From Candidatus Micrarchaeota archaeon (GTDB taxonomy: Archaea; Micrarchaeota; Micrarchaeia; Anstonellales; Bilamarchaeaceae): a stretch of DNA of 64,000 nucleotides. How positions within the stretch are numbered: the stretch's first letter is position 1; each line of letters opens with the position of its first letter. A model generated the notes under the pieces. That model was not told the origin of the DNA and ran no database searches. It saw only the letters and a program-made list of their open reading frames with translations. Shown piece by piece: positions 27,012 through 36,031 of the stretch. The DNA lies in assembly GCA_043821365.1 (NCBI GenBank), contig JBDRCX010000006.1, forward strand, positions 356,113 through 420,112, written 5' to 3'. The position numbers were made by a program, and so were the translations under genes.

Positions 27012-29670
27012 TGGTAAAATGGATTGGCACTCACTTCAGCCTGATGAGTTATTTACTAAGTTAAAAACAAATAAAAAGGGTCTTTCATCGAAGGCAGCTA
27101 CAGATAGGCTAGCTGAGTACGGGCCAAACTCTATTGCAATCAAAAAAACAACCTCACCGTTGACTATATTTGTAAATCAGTTCAAGAATATGCTTGTTTT
27201 ATTATTGCTTTTTGCAGCATTTGTTTCCTTTACAGTTAGTTTTCTAAATCCACACGAAGCTGATTTTCTTGATGGCATTCTTATTTTTGCAATTGTCATA
27301 GCAAATGCTGTTTTTGGTTTTGTTCAGGAATATAAGGCTGAGAAAAGTATCGAAGCTCTCACTAAAATGTCAGCTCCAAAAGCAACAGTAATGAGAAATG
27401 GTAAGGAGATTGAAATAACATCTGATGGTGTTGTTCCAGGGGATATTCTTATTCTTGAAGAAGGTGATAAGGTTGCAGCAGACGGCAGGTTAATCGAATG
27501 TTTTTCCATGTATGCTGACGAATCAATGCTTACTGGGGAATCAGTTCCTTCTGATAAAAAAGCCGGTATTTTATCTGAGAAAACACCTCTTGCAGAAAGA
27601 AGCAACATGGTGTTCATGAATTCAATTATCACCCGTGGTAAGGGTGCTGTTCTTGTTGTTGGTACGGGTTTGAATACAGAAGTTGGTAAGATTGCAAAGG
27701 AAATTTCAGATGCCCCTGAGAAAGTCACACAATTCCAAGTAGAAATAGAAGATTTAGGTAAAAAAGTTTCCATTCTTACTTTGGGAGTTCTGATAATCAT
27801 TATTGCTACAGAATTCATACTTCGTACGGGGGATATCCTATTCATCTTTATGGCAGCAGTTGCCCTTGGTGTTGCAGCAATTCCAGAAGGTTTGCCTGCA
27901 GTGGTGACTCTTGCACTTTCCATTGCAACAAATCGCATGCTAAAACAAAATGCATTGATGAGGCGGCTTTCTACAGTGCAAGATCTTGGTTCTGTTGATA
28001 TTATATGTACTGATAAAACAGGTACACTAACCGAAAATACAATGACTGTTGTCAGAATGTATGTTCCAGATACTCATTTTGATATTCTTGGAAAAGGACA
28101 TGAGACTGATGGAAAATTTGTTGTTCGTGGTGATGGGAACAACACAAATATAGACATGCTTCTAAGGTGTGCCATTCTTTGTAATGATGCACATAAGACT
28201 GAAGGCGGAAAATTCAAGGGAGATCCAACTGAAGTTGCAGTTCTTATTCCTGCCTATAAGGCAGGCCTAAATGTAGATCAAATACGTAAAAAATTCAAAA
28301 AAGTAGGTGAAGTTTCTTTTTCTGGAGATCGAAAAATGATGTCAACAGCAAATAATGATGCTAAGACATCCTATTCTTTTGTGAAAGGTGCTCCAGAAGT
28401 TGTCATCTCAAGATGTAATAAGGTCCTTATAGACGGTAAAATTAAGAAGCTTTCAAACAAGGATCGTTCATTCCTCATAAAACACAATACAAATATGGCA
28501 TCAGATGCACTAAGGGTACTTGCATTTGCCTATAAAGAAAAACCAAAATCTTTCGAAGAAAAGGACATGGAAAATGACCTTGTATTTCTTGGTTTGATGG
28601 GCATGATTGATCCACCTCGTGCAGGTGTAAAAGAAGCAATTGCTGATTGTCGTTCTGCAGGTATAAGAGTGATTATGGTCACAGGTGACAATATCCATAC
28701 TGCTTCTGCAATTGGCAAGGGCCTTGGTTTTGCAGGTGCAAGTCTTAATGGTAATGAACTTGATAAGATGTCAGAAGAAGAAATCAAGCGAGTTATAGAA
28801 AGGGTTGACATCTATGCAAGAACTAGTCCAAAACATAAAGTTCTCCTTTTGAAGGCATTACAAAGCAACAATCACATCGTGTGTATGACTGGTGATGGTG
28901 TAAATGATGCTGCAGCTATCAAAAATTCTGATGTTGGTATTGCAATGGGCATTAGAGGTACAGAAGTTACCAAACAGGCAAGTGACATCGTTATTCTTGA
29001 TGATAATTTCATAACAATAAGAAATGCAATATCTGAGGGCAGAAGCACATTTGACAACATAAGAAAATTTGTTGTTTATCTTTTGGGTGCCAATATTGCA
29101 GAAGTTATTATTGTTTTCATAGCCACTGTTACTGCTCTTGGTATATCTCCAAAAATTGCTGTTCAGCTTTTATGGATAAATCTTGTTACTGATGGTCTTC
29201 CTGCTCTGGCCCTTGGTGTTGATCCTGCTCCTGAAAATGTTATGAAGAGAGGTCCAAGAGAAAAAAGCGAGAGGATGGTAAACAAACAAACAATCTATTT
29301 CCTTGCAATACTTGGTCTTAGTGGTGCGATTGCTTTACTTGGTCTTTATTCCCATATGCTTGCACTTGGCGATGCAGTAAGGGCATACTCATTATTATTC
29401 ACATCTTTTGTTGTAATGGAGATGGTAACAGTCTATGTTGTGAGGTGGAGATATAACACTGCACTTCTCTCAAACAAATGGTTACACTCGGCAGTACTTA
29501 TGTCGTTTGTTCTTCAGCTTGCTCTTATCTACGGGCCATTTGGCAGTCTATTTGGAGTTGTACCATTGATCCTAGATGATTGGTTAAAATTAGGTATAAC
29601 AATGATTGGTTATCTAGTTCTGGTTTTCGCAGCAATCGGGCTTGAAAAAATTATAATAAAAAATAAATAA
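27004..29670 (+). CDS. P2A-type cation (Ca2+) transporting ATPase
   Basis: TGES, IPEGLP, DKTGTLT, KGAPE, GDGVND and QLLWINLVTDGLPA motifs. Confidence 0.93.
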   Translation: MSSGKMDWHSLQPDELFTKLKTNKKGLSSKAATDRLAEYGPNSIAIKKTTSPLTIFVNQFKNMLVLLLLFAAFVSFTVSFLNPHEADFLDGILIFAIVIANAVFGFVQEYKAEKSIEALTKMSAPKATVMRNGKEIEITSDGVVPGDILILEEGDKVAADGRLIECFSMYADESMLTGESVPSDKKAGILSEKTPLAERSNMVFMNSIITRGKGAVLVVGTGLNTEVGKIAKEISDAPEKVTQFQVEIEDLGKKVSILTLGVLIIIIATEFILRTGDILFIFMAAVALGVAAIPEGLPAVVTLALSIATNRMLKQNALMRRLSTVQDLGSVDIICTDKTGTLTENTMTVVRMYVPDTHFDILGKGHETDGKFVVRGDGNNTNIDMLLRCAILCNDAHKTEGGKFKGDPTEVAVLIPAYKAGLNVDQIRKKFKKVGEVSFSGDRKMMSTANNDAKTSYSFVKGAPEVVISRCNKVLIDGKIKKLSNKDRSFLIKHNTNMASDALRVLAFAYKEKPKSFEEKDMENDLVFLGLMGMIDPPRAGVKEAIADCRSAGIRVIMVTGDNIHTASAIGKGLGFAGASLNGNELDKMSEEEIKRVIERVDIYARTSPKHKVLLLKALQSNNHIVCMTGDGVNDAAAIKNSDVGIAMGIRGTEVTKQASDIVILDDNFITIRNAISEGRSTFDNIRKFVVYLLGANIAEVIIVFIATVTALGISPKIAVQLLWINLVTDGLPALALGVDPAPENVMKRGPREKSERMVNKQTIYFLAILGLSGAIALLGLYSHMLALGDAVRAYSLLFTSFVVMEMVTVYVVRWRYNTALLSNKWLHSAVLMSFVLQLALIYGPFGSLFGVVPLILDDWLKLGITMIGYLVLVFAAIGLEKIIIKNK

Positions 29671-29678
29671 AAATTAGG

Positions 29679-30131
29679 CTAAGAACATTTACCAACAAGT
29701 GCTTTTGTTCCTGTTTGTTTTATAGCGGTAATTGTCCCTTTGTTGTATGTAATAACAACATTATCATAGGTGAATGGGGTACCTGCTGCACCACATGTTG
29801 AACCTAGGGTTGCTGTTACTGTTGCAACTTCACCACTGGTAAAGTTCTTTGCAGTTGAATAAACAGAAGCGCCACCGACGGATATGTCTGTAACTTCTAA
29901 TCTATCTAAATCATTATTTGCCAATTCTAACTGCATCGTAGTTCCACTTACTACAAATGTTTTTATAGCAAACGGAGAGGTTGATCCCCAATAGTTTTTA
30001 CTTTGGGTTTCAAGTGAACCGGCACCAAGGCCTGCGAATCCACCTACGAGGTATACAACAATCAATGCCACAACCAGCACAACTGCCAGTATGACCAGAT
30101 ATTCTGTCGAAACTTGTCCTTTTCTAAACAT
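29679..30131 (-). CDS. type IV pilin (class III signal peptide), probable major pilin
   Basis: MFRKG/QVSTEYLVILAVVL prepilin cleavage motif; GGAGGTG SD. Confidence 0.85.
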   Translation of the reverse strand: MFRKGQVSTEYLVILAVVLVVALIVVYLVGGFAGLGAGSLETQSKNYWGSTSPFAIKTFVVSGTTMQLELANNDLDRLEVTDISVGGASVYSTAKNFTSGEVATVTATLGSTCGAAGTPFTYDNVVITYNKGTITAIKQTGTKALVGKCS

Positions 30132-30209
30132 ACTACACCTCCTAATTGCTTGACTATTCATCTGAACACTTAAAAATCTTCTGTCTAGCTCTATTCTTTG
30201 GATTATTAA

Positions 30210-31241
30210 TTATATGTCTCCAAAACCAGACAAAAGTGTTCCTACAACGAATTTAGCCAATAAGTAAAATGCTATTGAACATGCGGAAAATATTGGGAAA
30301 TATTTCACTCCATAAATTACCCTACCCCTACCTATTATGCCTATTAAACACGACATAAGCAGGCTAGTTAAAACTAAAACTACCAAAGATGTTAGATACA
30401 TCTGGTCAGGAGTTATAAGTACCTTACCTGAAAAAGATGGAAGACTGGCAATCCCAACATCAGCAACATCATTTTCTGGTTGTATCTTCAAGAAAACAGT
30501 AAGAAAGTGGGTTGATACTGATAACAAAAATGGCATGACCAGAATGACTATGAACCCAAGAAAAATAGTATAGCTTCTTGTGGTTGTTGTCAGTTCTGCT
30601 CTTAGGTCTTGTATTTTTCTAATCTCATCTGCACTTGAATTAAGAAGCCTGGCGAGATGGCCACCAGATCGAATACCTTTTATGAATAGATTAATAGTTC
30701 TTTTCAATATTGAAGAATCAAAATACACTTCTATTGTTTGTAAAGAATCAATCATGGAAGCGGTCCCACTTGCTTTTCCAGTACTTAATCTAATTTCTTC
30801 ATAAAGAGCTCCGAATTCTGGCCTTGCTGCTTTTGTAAATGCCATAAATGGGCTCATACCTGCTCTCATATTTGAAGCAGTCAATAGGAGAAAATCCGGC
30901 AGAACCTTTTCTAATGAAGTTGTTCTGTCAGCTATTTTGAAATACAACCTCAAATATGCTACAGTAAACACCGGAACTGCAGTACCAAAAAACAACCCAA
31001 GTGCAATTAGTCCAGTTTCTAAGTTTGCAATGGGATTATACCATATCAAATACAGTAATACAAGAATCATTCCAAGTGCCAAACTAAGCAGAACTCTTTT
31101 CCCAGCCCATGTTTCAGGGTCCTCTCTTATACCTGCATGGTTAAGTTTTCTACCAAAAAATTTAATCAAACCAGTTGGCAAAGCACAGCCTATTCTTCGA
31201 TATGGTCTTTGTTCCATTATTGGGTTTTTTTTCTTAGCCAT
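30210..31241 (-). CDS. type II secretion F / TadC-like platform protein
   Basis: LPDFL...NMRAGMSP, RPEFG.L and SGG.LA.LL motifs. Confidence 0.85.
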   Translation of the reverse strand: MAKKKNPIMEQRPYRRIGCALPTGLIKFFGRKLNHAGIREDPETWAGKRVLLSLALGMILVLLYLIWYNPIANLETGLIALGLFFGTAVPVFTVAYLRLYFKIADRTTSLEKVLPDFLLLTASNMRAGMSPFMAFTKAARPEFGALYEEIRLSTGKASGTASMIDSLQTIEVYFDSSILKRTINLFIKGIRSGGHLARLLNSSADEIRKIQDLRAELTTTTRSYTIFLGFIVILVMPFLLSVSTHFLTVFLKIQPENDVADVGIASLPSFSGKVLITPDQMYLTSLVVLVLTSLLMSCLIGIIGRGRVIYGVKYFPIFSACSIAFYLLAKFVVGTLLSGFGDI

Positions 31242-31242
31242 A

Positions 31243-32139
31243 TCAACCACCAAAAAGTTCTGGTCTAGTAGAATTCATGTATCCGATCATGACTATTTGA
31301 AGAAATGCTGATCCGCCAACTAGAAGACCAACAGTAAATAAGTCAACGCCTAATCCACCGAATGCAGATAAAAGTACCATGAATGTAACTCCCAATGAAG
31401 GTACTACTGCTGCCACGAGCATATACATCAAAAGCATAAAATTCAGGTTTGCAGAATAATTTTTTATTTCCCTATAGTTGGCAGCTTCAAGTGCATCGGC
31501 AATGCCTCCAAGTGCATTTTTCATGCTTGCACCTGACTCAAGTGCGTTTACCATCTGCCAAACTGTTCTTTTTGTGTATTCACTCTCACTTTTCAATGCA
31601 AGGTGTTTGAGTGCATCAATCTCTGATGTTCCAGTTTCTATTTCCCTAACTACGGTGTCCATTGCTGCAGACACCTGCCTGTAATCACTTGTTGCAACAT
31701 TCTTTATTGAATCAAAAAGCGGAATACCACTGTCAACATCCATTATTATTTCACGAAGTGCAAACAAAAGGTCTTTGTTTTCAAGCATAGCTATTTTTTT
31801 TAATAGTATGGCAGGATAGATGAGATGAAGCATGAAAAAAACAGTCATTATTCCTAACCCAGCCCCAAGCGAAGTACGTATGATCTCATCCAAATCTGGT
31901 TTGGTTGAAAGTGCCAGAAGCATAATTAAACAAAAGAAAAAACCATATAAAAATGATGAAATAAATGATCCAACAACATAGCTTTCTGCGCTAAAGTCAT
32001 ACCCTAATTTGGATATTGTTGTTTTAAGTCCTGGCTGCAAACTAATCAAAATTTTCCCAAGCCCTCGTAATCTTCTTCCTAGTCTTCCAACTGCTCTAAA
32101 TGATATTAATAAGAATGGTATTCTAGGTGGATTCATCAA
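31243..32139 (-). CDS. type II secretion F / TadB-like platform protein
   Basis: LLFALR....VDSGIPL, WQMVNALESGA and AVVPSLG motifs. Confidence 0.85.
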   Translation of the reverse strand: MMNPPRIPFLLISFRAVGRLGRRLRGLGKILISLQPGLKTTISKLGYDFSAESYVVGSFISSFLYGFFFCLIMLLALSTKPDLDEIIRTSLGAGLGIMTVFFMLHLIYPAILLKKIAMLENKDLLFALREIIMDVDSGIPLFDSIKNVATSDYRQVSAAMDTVVREIETGTSEIDALKHLALKSESEYTKRTVWQMVNALESGASMKNALGGIADALEAANYREIKNYSANLNFMLLMYMLVAAVVPSLGVTFMVLLSAFGGLGVDLFTVGLLVGGSAFLQIVMIGYMNSTRPELFGG

Positions 32140-33863
32140 AGCACCTTTGATGGAGTGGCTTTATTTGAAACTGACTTTAGAAAACCAGCTTCATCAGCAT
32201 AATATGCTTTCATTACCTTCCCTATTTCTTCAATATGTTCAAGCTTGTGTTTTACCATCCACTGAAGAACCATTTGTTTGTCTTTTTGATCATCTTCAAC
32301 TTCTTTTTCAGTCATACCTGTGTGTATATTCATCTGCTCAACATATCTGTGAGGTGATTTAACAAACTGGAAACTATCGTTTCTTGGCCTCCACAAATAT
32401 ATTTTATTTACCTCAGGATTACCACTACTTGATGCGATCTCTGAAACCTCTAATGTCCTTCTAATATTTCTTCTTCTATCTCTATATTGTACTACTAGCA
32501 AATGAATATCTTCAATTTCAGAAGCAGGAACCTCTATTGGTGGTTCAACAAGTCTTTTGATAACTTGCGAACCAGTGTCTGCGTGAATTGTAGAGTAAAC
32601 ACTGTGTCCAGTGTGCATTGCTTCAAAAAGAACTTCAGCTTCTTTTTTCCTTCTAATTTCCCCCATGACTATTCTATCTGGTCTCATTCTCAATGCATTA
32701 ACAACAAGGTCAAGCATTGTTACTTCTCCTGCCCCTTCTGGATTCGGGAGTCTGGTTACCAGAGGTACCCAATTCCATTGATAAGTTGGGAGCATAAGTT
32801 CTCTTGTATCCTCTATAGTCACTATCCTCTGGAATGGTTGGATCAATGACAAAAGTCCATTGAGTGCACTTGTTTTTCCGCTTGCCGTTCCACCTGCAAT
32901 AAGAACATTCATCTCATATTGCATTGCCTGCCAAAGTAATGCAGCCATTTCAGTTGACATTGAAGTATTTTCTGGTTTTAGGTAACTTACAATGGTCCAC
33001 GGGTTCTTTGCAAACAATCTCATTGTTATTGTATTTCCATGTGCAGAAACAGGATAAAGTGTTGCATTGACTCTGTCACCATTGGCAAGGTGTGCATCAA
33101 GTATTGGGTTAAGCATACTTATTTGCCTCCCAACTTTTCTTGCTATTTGTTCTGAATAATTTCTTGTTGCTTCTTCGGTGTTCAAATAGATGTTTGTCCT
33201 CATCCATCCATACTTCTTATGATAAACAGCAACAGGAAGATTGCATGAATTTATGATTATCTCCTCAAGTTTTGGGTCACCTATCAAAAGTTCCAGTTCG
33301 CCAAGACCATACATCTCATTTACTACAAGATCGGAAATTAATTCAAGTGCATCTGATTTTGGATTAAGATCTTTCTTTATTCTTTGTTTTATCAGTTCTC
33401 TTCTGTATAAGAATTTCTCACTCATACCTTCTTCACTTGAAGTTGTTTCAATTGGCAAATCCTTTGCAATATCCATTTTTAGATATTCAAGATAGACTCG
33501 AGTATGGGGCGTTACCCGCGGTCTCCGTATGCTATACATTGGCCTTCTTTCTTCTTCTGATTTAAGAACCCAAATAGATTCGCTTGTGTGGGCTCCAGTT
33601 GCAGGTATCAAATATTCCTCTATTTTTTTTCCATCCTCGTGTTTTGTCTCTTCTTTTGGCAAGTCTTTTATTGTCATCCATGGTTGTTCAATCATGTTTG
33701 CAGCATAATGAGTTTTTGCAAGTCCTGCTTTCTCAAGTAAAAGTGCCACTCTTTCCACGCTTTCTTCTTCCCACGGTAATTCTCTTGCTAATTTTCTATA
33801 ATTCGCTTTCTTGTTTTTTCGAACAATCTCAACCATCTTATCTATTATCGTGGTTACTAGCAT
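32136..33863 (-). CDS. type IV pilus assembly ATPase (CpaF/VirB11/FlaI family)
   Basis: GGTASGKT, IEDTREL, LRMRPDRIVMGEIR and AMHTGH..STIHA motifs. Confidence 0.93.
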   Translation of the reverse strand: MLVTTIIDKMVEIVRKNKKANYRKLARELPWEEESVERVALLLEKAGLAKTHYAANMIEQPWMTIKDLPKEETKHEDGKKIEEYLIPATGAHTSESIWVLKSEEERRPMYSIRRPRVTPHTRVYLEYLKMDIAKDLPIETTSSEEGMSEKFLYRRELIKQRIKKDLNPKSDALELISDLVVNEMYGLGELELLIGDPKLEEIIINSCNLPVAVYHKKYGWMRTNIYLNTEEATRNYSEQIARKVGRQISMLNPILDAHLANGDRVNATLYPVSAHGNTITMRLFAKNPWTIVSYLKPENTSMSTEMAALLWQAMQYEMNVLIAGGTASGKTSALNGLLSLIQPFQRIVTIEDTRELMLPTYQWNWVPLVTRLPNPEGAGEVTMLDLVVNALRMRPDRIVMGEIRRKKEAEVLFEAMHTGHSVYSTIHADTGSQVIKRLVEPPIEVPASEIEDIHLLVVQYRDRRRNIRRTLEVSEIASSSGNPEVNKIYLWRPRNDSFQFVKSPHRYVEQMNIHTGMTEKEVEDDQKDKQMVLQWMVKHKLEHIEEIGKVMKAYYADEAGFLKSVSNKATPSKVL

Positions 33864-33897
33864 GTTCTATCCTCTCCTAGTAGGTTTTAATTTATTC

Positions 33898-34731
33898 TTA
33901 TTTTCCAATTCGTCTTGTTATGCTGAATGGTCCCTGCGTGTAATCTATAGTTGCATCATATTCATACCCTTTTTTTGTGGCTGGGTCTATCGGAGGCAAG
34001 GTTACTTTCCATGAAGTTTCAGCTCTTATGTCCTCAGAATTCATATACAATGAACCAAAATTACTGCTTTGCTGCCCAACTTTTATGGTCATAGCACTAC
34101 CACCCACATATTCTACTTTGAAAGTGTTTACTTGATTTGGAAAAACCTTTCCTTCTTCAACTTCAGTACCGTTCAAATCTGTATAAGTTATGGTGACGTT
34201 CAACGTTCCGTTTTCATCAAATGCCATGTGTGTAACATTTTCACGTACTGCAGTTATTGTAAAGTTTATCTCGTATGATGTGGCATCAGTACCACCATCC
34301 TTTGTGAATAATGTCTCATTTGTGGCATGATCATTTGTGTAAACATACTCCTCATTTATGAAAATTCTTATGGTTCCATTTGTAAGATTGGTAAAATTGG
34401 TGTTTATTGTGCTTGCAGTCTGTATTGCAACTTCACTTACTAAAAATGCTTCATAGGCAGAAATCTGAGATGAAAAATTCTGACTTTCGAGTGTGTCTGC
34501 TATTGTTAGCTCAGTGCTGGTATTCTTCTGGTCAATATAGAGTTGAGGTCCAATAATCGAATTAAGTTCATAAGCAATATCATCAAGCAGGAATGCACCG
34601 TATGTTAGTGGCAATGGTTCAAGCAAAGTTCTTTCAGTACTAAGCTGTCCGTTACGTAAAGATATCACTAACATTATGAGTACCATGATCAAGCTTACAG
34701 ACAAAATGGTTATTACAAATCCACGGCGCAT
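33898..34731 (-). CDS. pilin-like protein
   Basis: MRRG/FVIT followed by hydrophobic helix; in pilus operon. Confidence 0.7.
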   Translation of the reverse strand: MRRGFVITILSVSLIMVLIMLVISLRNGQLSTERTLLEPLPLTYGAFLLDDIAYELNSIIGPQLYIDQKNTSTELTIADTLESQNFSSQISAYEAFLVSEVAIQTASTINTNFTNLTNGTIRIFINEEYVYTNDHATNETLFTKDGGTDATSYEINFTITAVRENVTHMAFDENGTLNVTITYTDLNGTEVEEGKVFPNQVNTFKVEYVGGSAMTIKVGQQSSNFGSLYMNSEDIRAETSWKVTLPPIDPATKKGYEYDATIDYTQGPFSITRRIGK

Positions 34732-34744
34732 TCATACACTCTTT

Positions 34745-35149
34745 TTATGGCTCTTTTCTAAGCCATGATTCTGATTTTATTATATACCTGCTATTTTCGT
34801 AGATAATAGGGCTTGCAGTTGTTTGCACATCGAGTCCAAATGTCTCATTACAGTCGTTTTTAATCGCATTTGTTATGACATATCCTTTATCATCTATTAT
34901 TGTTATCTCTATACACGCAAGGTTTGGTGTTGCTTCTATAACATCCTGCATCAAAGTAGTATTGCCTTCAATTGCATAGTCGAGTCTTCCTGTTTTTTGA
35001 AGAACAGTAACTGTATCCATTGTGAGTTGTTTTAGGTATACTCCTTCTGGTGCTCTCGGATTGTGACTTTGGCTTGCAATTATTATCATTGCAAACATGA
35101 TAACTGATATTGCAACTGTTGCATCAAGTGTGATTGCAAATCCTTTCAT
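34745..35149 (-). CDS. minor pilin-like protein
   Basis: MKG/FAITLDA followed by hydrophobic helix. Confidence 0.7.
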   Translation of the reverse strand: MKGFAITLDATVAISVIMFAMIIIASQSHNPRAPEGVYLKQLTMDTVTVLQKTGRLDYAIEGNTTLMQDVIEATPNLACIEITIIDDKGYVITNAIKNDCNETFGLDVQTTASPIIYENSRYIIKSESWLRKEP

Positions 35150-35655
35150 CCTCCCCAAACCTCCATGTGTACTATTACTGGTTCTCCGTCCAAAATAGCA
35201 AGTCGATCAAAGTTCAGGGAATTATTGAGTGCAACTTCAAAATTACCAAATTCATAGTGTATTATGTTTCCAGTGATATCTGTGATCCGCATTGCAAACT
35301 CATATTTTTGCATGCCAAGTCTATCCTTTACAGTTGAATACGCAGTTGCATTTTCTGCAACTAATTTTTCAATTTTTAATCTGTTCAGTTCATTTCTTCC
35401 ATTTACAAGTCCTATTGCTTTTACCTCGCCATCTATTTGAGGGAGCATCTCCCAACTTTCTGGTTCTCCTGGTGTTGCCAGTAAGGATTCAGATGCAAAA
35501 AATGCACTTGTTTCCATTGCAGTTTGTTTATTGGCAAGATTCCATCGTATTCCGACAATATTCCACATGGCAAGATAAAGCAGTAGTATGAACATCAACG
35601 CGGCAAGACCTACAGTGAAGTCAAAAGTCCATATCTGTCCTTTACTTGATGATAT
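35146..35655 (-). CDS. minor pilin; probable ATA start codon
   Basis: Frame extends past the track start to (I)SSSKG/QIWTFDFTVG; TAG directly upstream of the ATA; AGGTGA 5 nt before it. Confidence 0.7.
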   Translation of the reverse strand: MSSSKGQIWTFDFTVGLAALMFILLLYLAMWNIVGIRWNLANKQTAMETSAFFASESLLATPGEPESWEMLPQIDGEVKAIGLVNGRNELNRLKIEKLVAENATAYSTVKDRLGMQKYEFAMRITDITGNIIHYEFGNFEVALNNSLNFDRLAILDGEPVIVHMEVWGG

Positions 35656-36031
35656 CTATCTCACCTTGGTTGTTTGTTACTATCACTTCTTTTTCATCAA
35701 GTGTGCTCTCATTTACGTTTCCATTAATTAGAGGTGCACTTCCTGATGCATATGGTCGGTATGATGTAACTGCATGGTCAGTTATTGTGATGTTCTCTTC
35801 ATTCAAAACATTTGTTACTGTGAAATTGTAACTTGCCCCATCCCCAGCAAGGTAAACATAATTGATTACAGCAGCTACTGAATTTGCATTTCTAAAAGAA
35901 TTTATTTTATCTTGAGTTTGAAAAAGATTAAGGCCACCATCATAGTAAATTGCAAAAACCACAAGAAAAATTGTAAACAATGCCGAATAAACTATCATGA
36001 ATTCTGATGAAACTTGTGCTCTCATCATCAT
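35642..36031 (-). CDS. minor pilin
   Basis: MRA/QVSSEF class III signal. Confidence 0.75.
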   Translation of the reverse strand: MMMRAQVSSEFMIVYSALFTIFLVVFAIYYDGGLNLFQTQDKINSFRNANSVAAVINYVYLAGDGASYNFTVTNVLNEENITITDHAVTSYRPYASGSAPLINGNVNESTLDEKEVIVTNNQGEIDIIK

